Of a stretch of DNA of 64,000 nt, positions 63,758 through 64,000 are shown one piece after another. Every line of letters begins with the position of its first letter. Positions within the stretch are counted from its first letter, which is position 1. The DNA comes from Rhizophagus irregularis (lineage: Eukaryota): contig NC_089434.1 of NCBI RefSeq assembly GCF_026210795.1, positions 1,364,001 to 1,428,000 on the forward strand, written 5' to 3'. Below the pieces are notes generated by a model. That model did not search any database and was not told where the DNA came from. It was given only the letters and a program-made list of their open reading frames with translations. The position numbers were made by a program, and so were the translations under genes.

Positions 63758-64000
63758 AGTCGTCGGTCTGGATGTGGGTCTCGCTACCGCTCACCCCACC
63801 TCGGACTCACGTCCTCGCAGTACCTACTTGGGCCATAATGGCCCTGGAATCTCCCATATATACTACTACCATGGCCACAGTGGCCATGGCTGGTCACACT
63901 ACTTTCCAACTCCTTTTTTTTATCCATTTTTTCTTATATATTAAAACTACTATGACCACTATGACCACTATGACCAGACTACTAAAAAGTGGATAAAAAC
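63758..64000 (+). mobile_element. Left terminus of a second, related Polinton-like element
   Basis: Starts AGTCGTCGG exactly as at 49592; shares CTCGCTA.CGCTCA.CCCACCTCGG, CCTCGCAGTACCTA, CATTTTTTCTTATATAT and (ACTATGRC)x3 AGACTAC blocks, but is clearly diverged. Confidence 0.8.

Noticed and set aside
49592..64000. The two direct repeats (49592, 63758) as LTRs of a giant gag-containing retrotransposon
   Set aside because: They are clearly diverged, begin with AG rather than TG, and the second cuts an integrase ORF; there is no RT. Nested Polinton termini explain them better.

Overview
AT-rich, intron-containing fungal DNA. Its gene families (expanded TKL-type kinases, MATA-HMG) suggest Glomeromycota, Rhizophagus-like. 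The first ~39 kb is mostly host sequence: an amino-acid transporter, tRNA-Pro(CGG), URI1/Bud27, a MATA-HMG factor, the FMP27/Hobbit (BLTP2) lipid-transfer gene and a tandem kinase pair, plus hAT-type non-autonomous elements. From ~40 kb the window is a stack of mobile elements. A Helitron Rep/PIF1 gene comes first. From 49592 there is a GC-richer, intronless, gene-dense Polinton/Maverick-like element. It encodes a D5/SF3 helicase, a family-B DNA polymerase (split by a hAT with an 8-bp TSD), an F-box protein, small virus-like ORFs, an A32-type packaging ATPase and the C-terminus of a chromodomain integrase. No jelly-roll capsid or adenain protease is visible. Instead the ATPase sits head-to-head, 28 bp apart, with a coiled-coil / Ty3-Gypsy Gag-capsid-like / retropepsin module that has no RT, RNase H, zinc knuckle or LTR. 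This is the candidate novel system: a Polinton-like DNA element carrying a retroelement-type capsid. A second, related element terminus is inserted in the integrase at 63758, so the right part of the first element lies outside the window.
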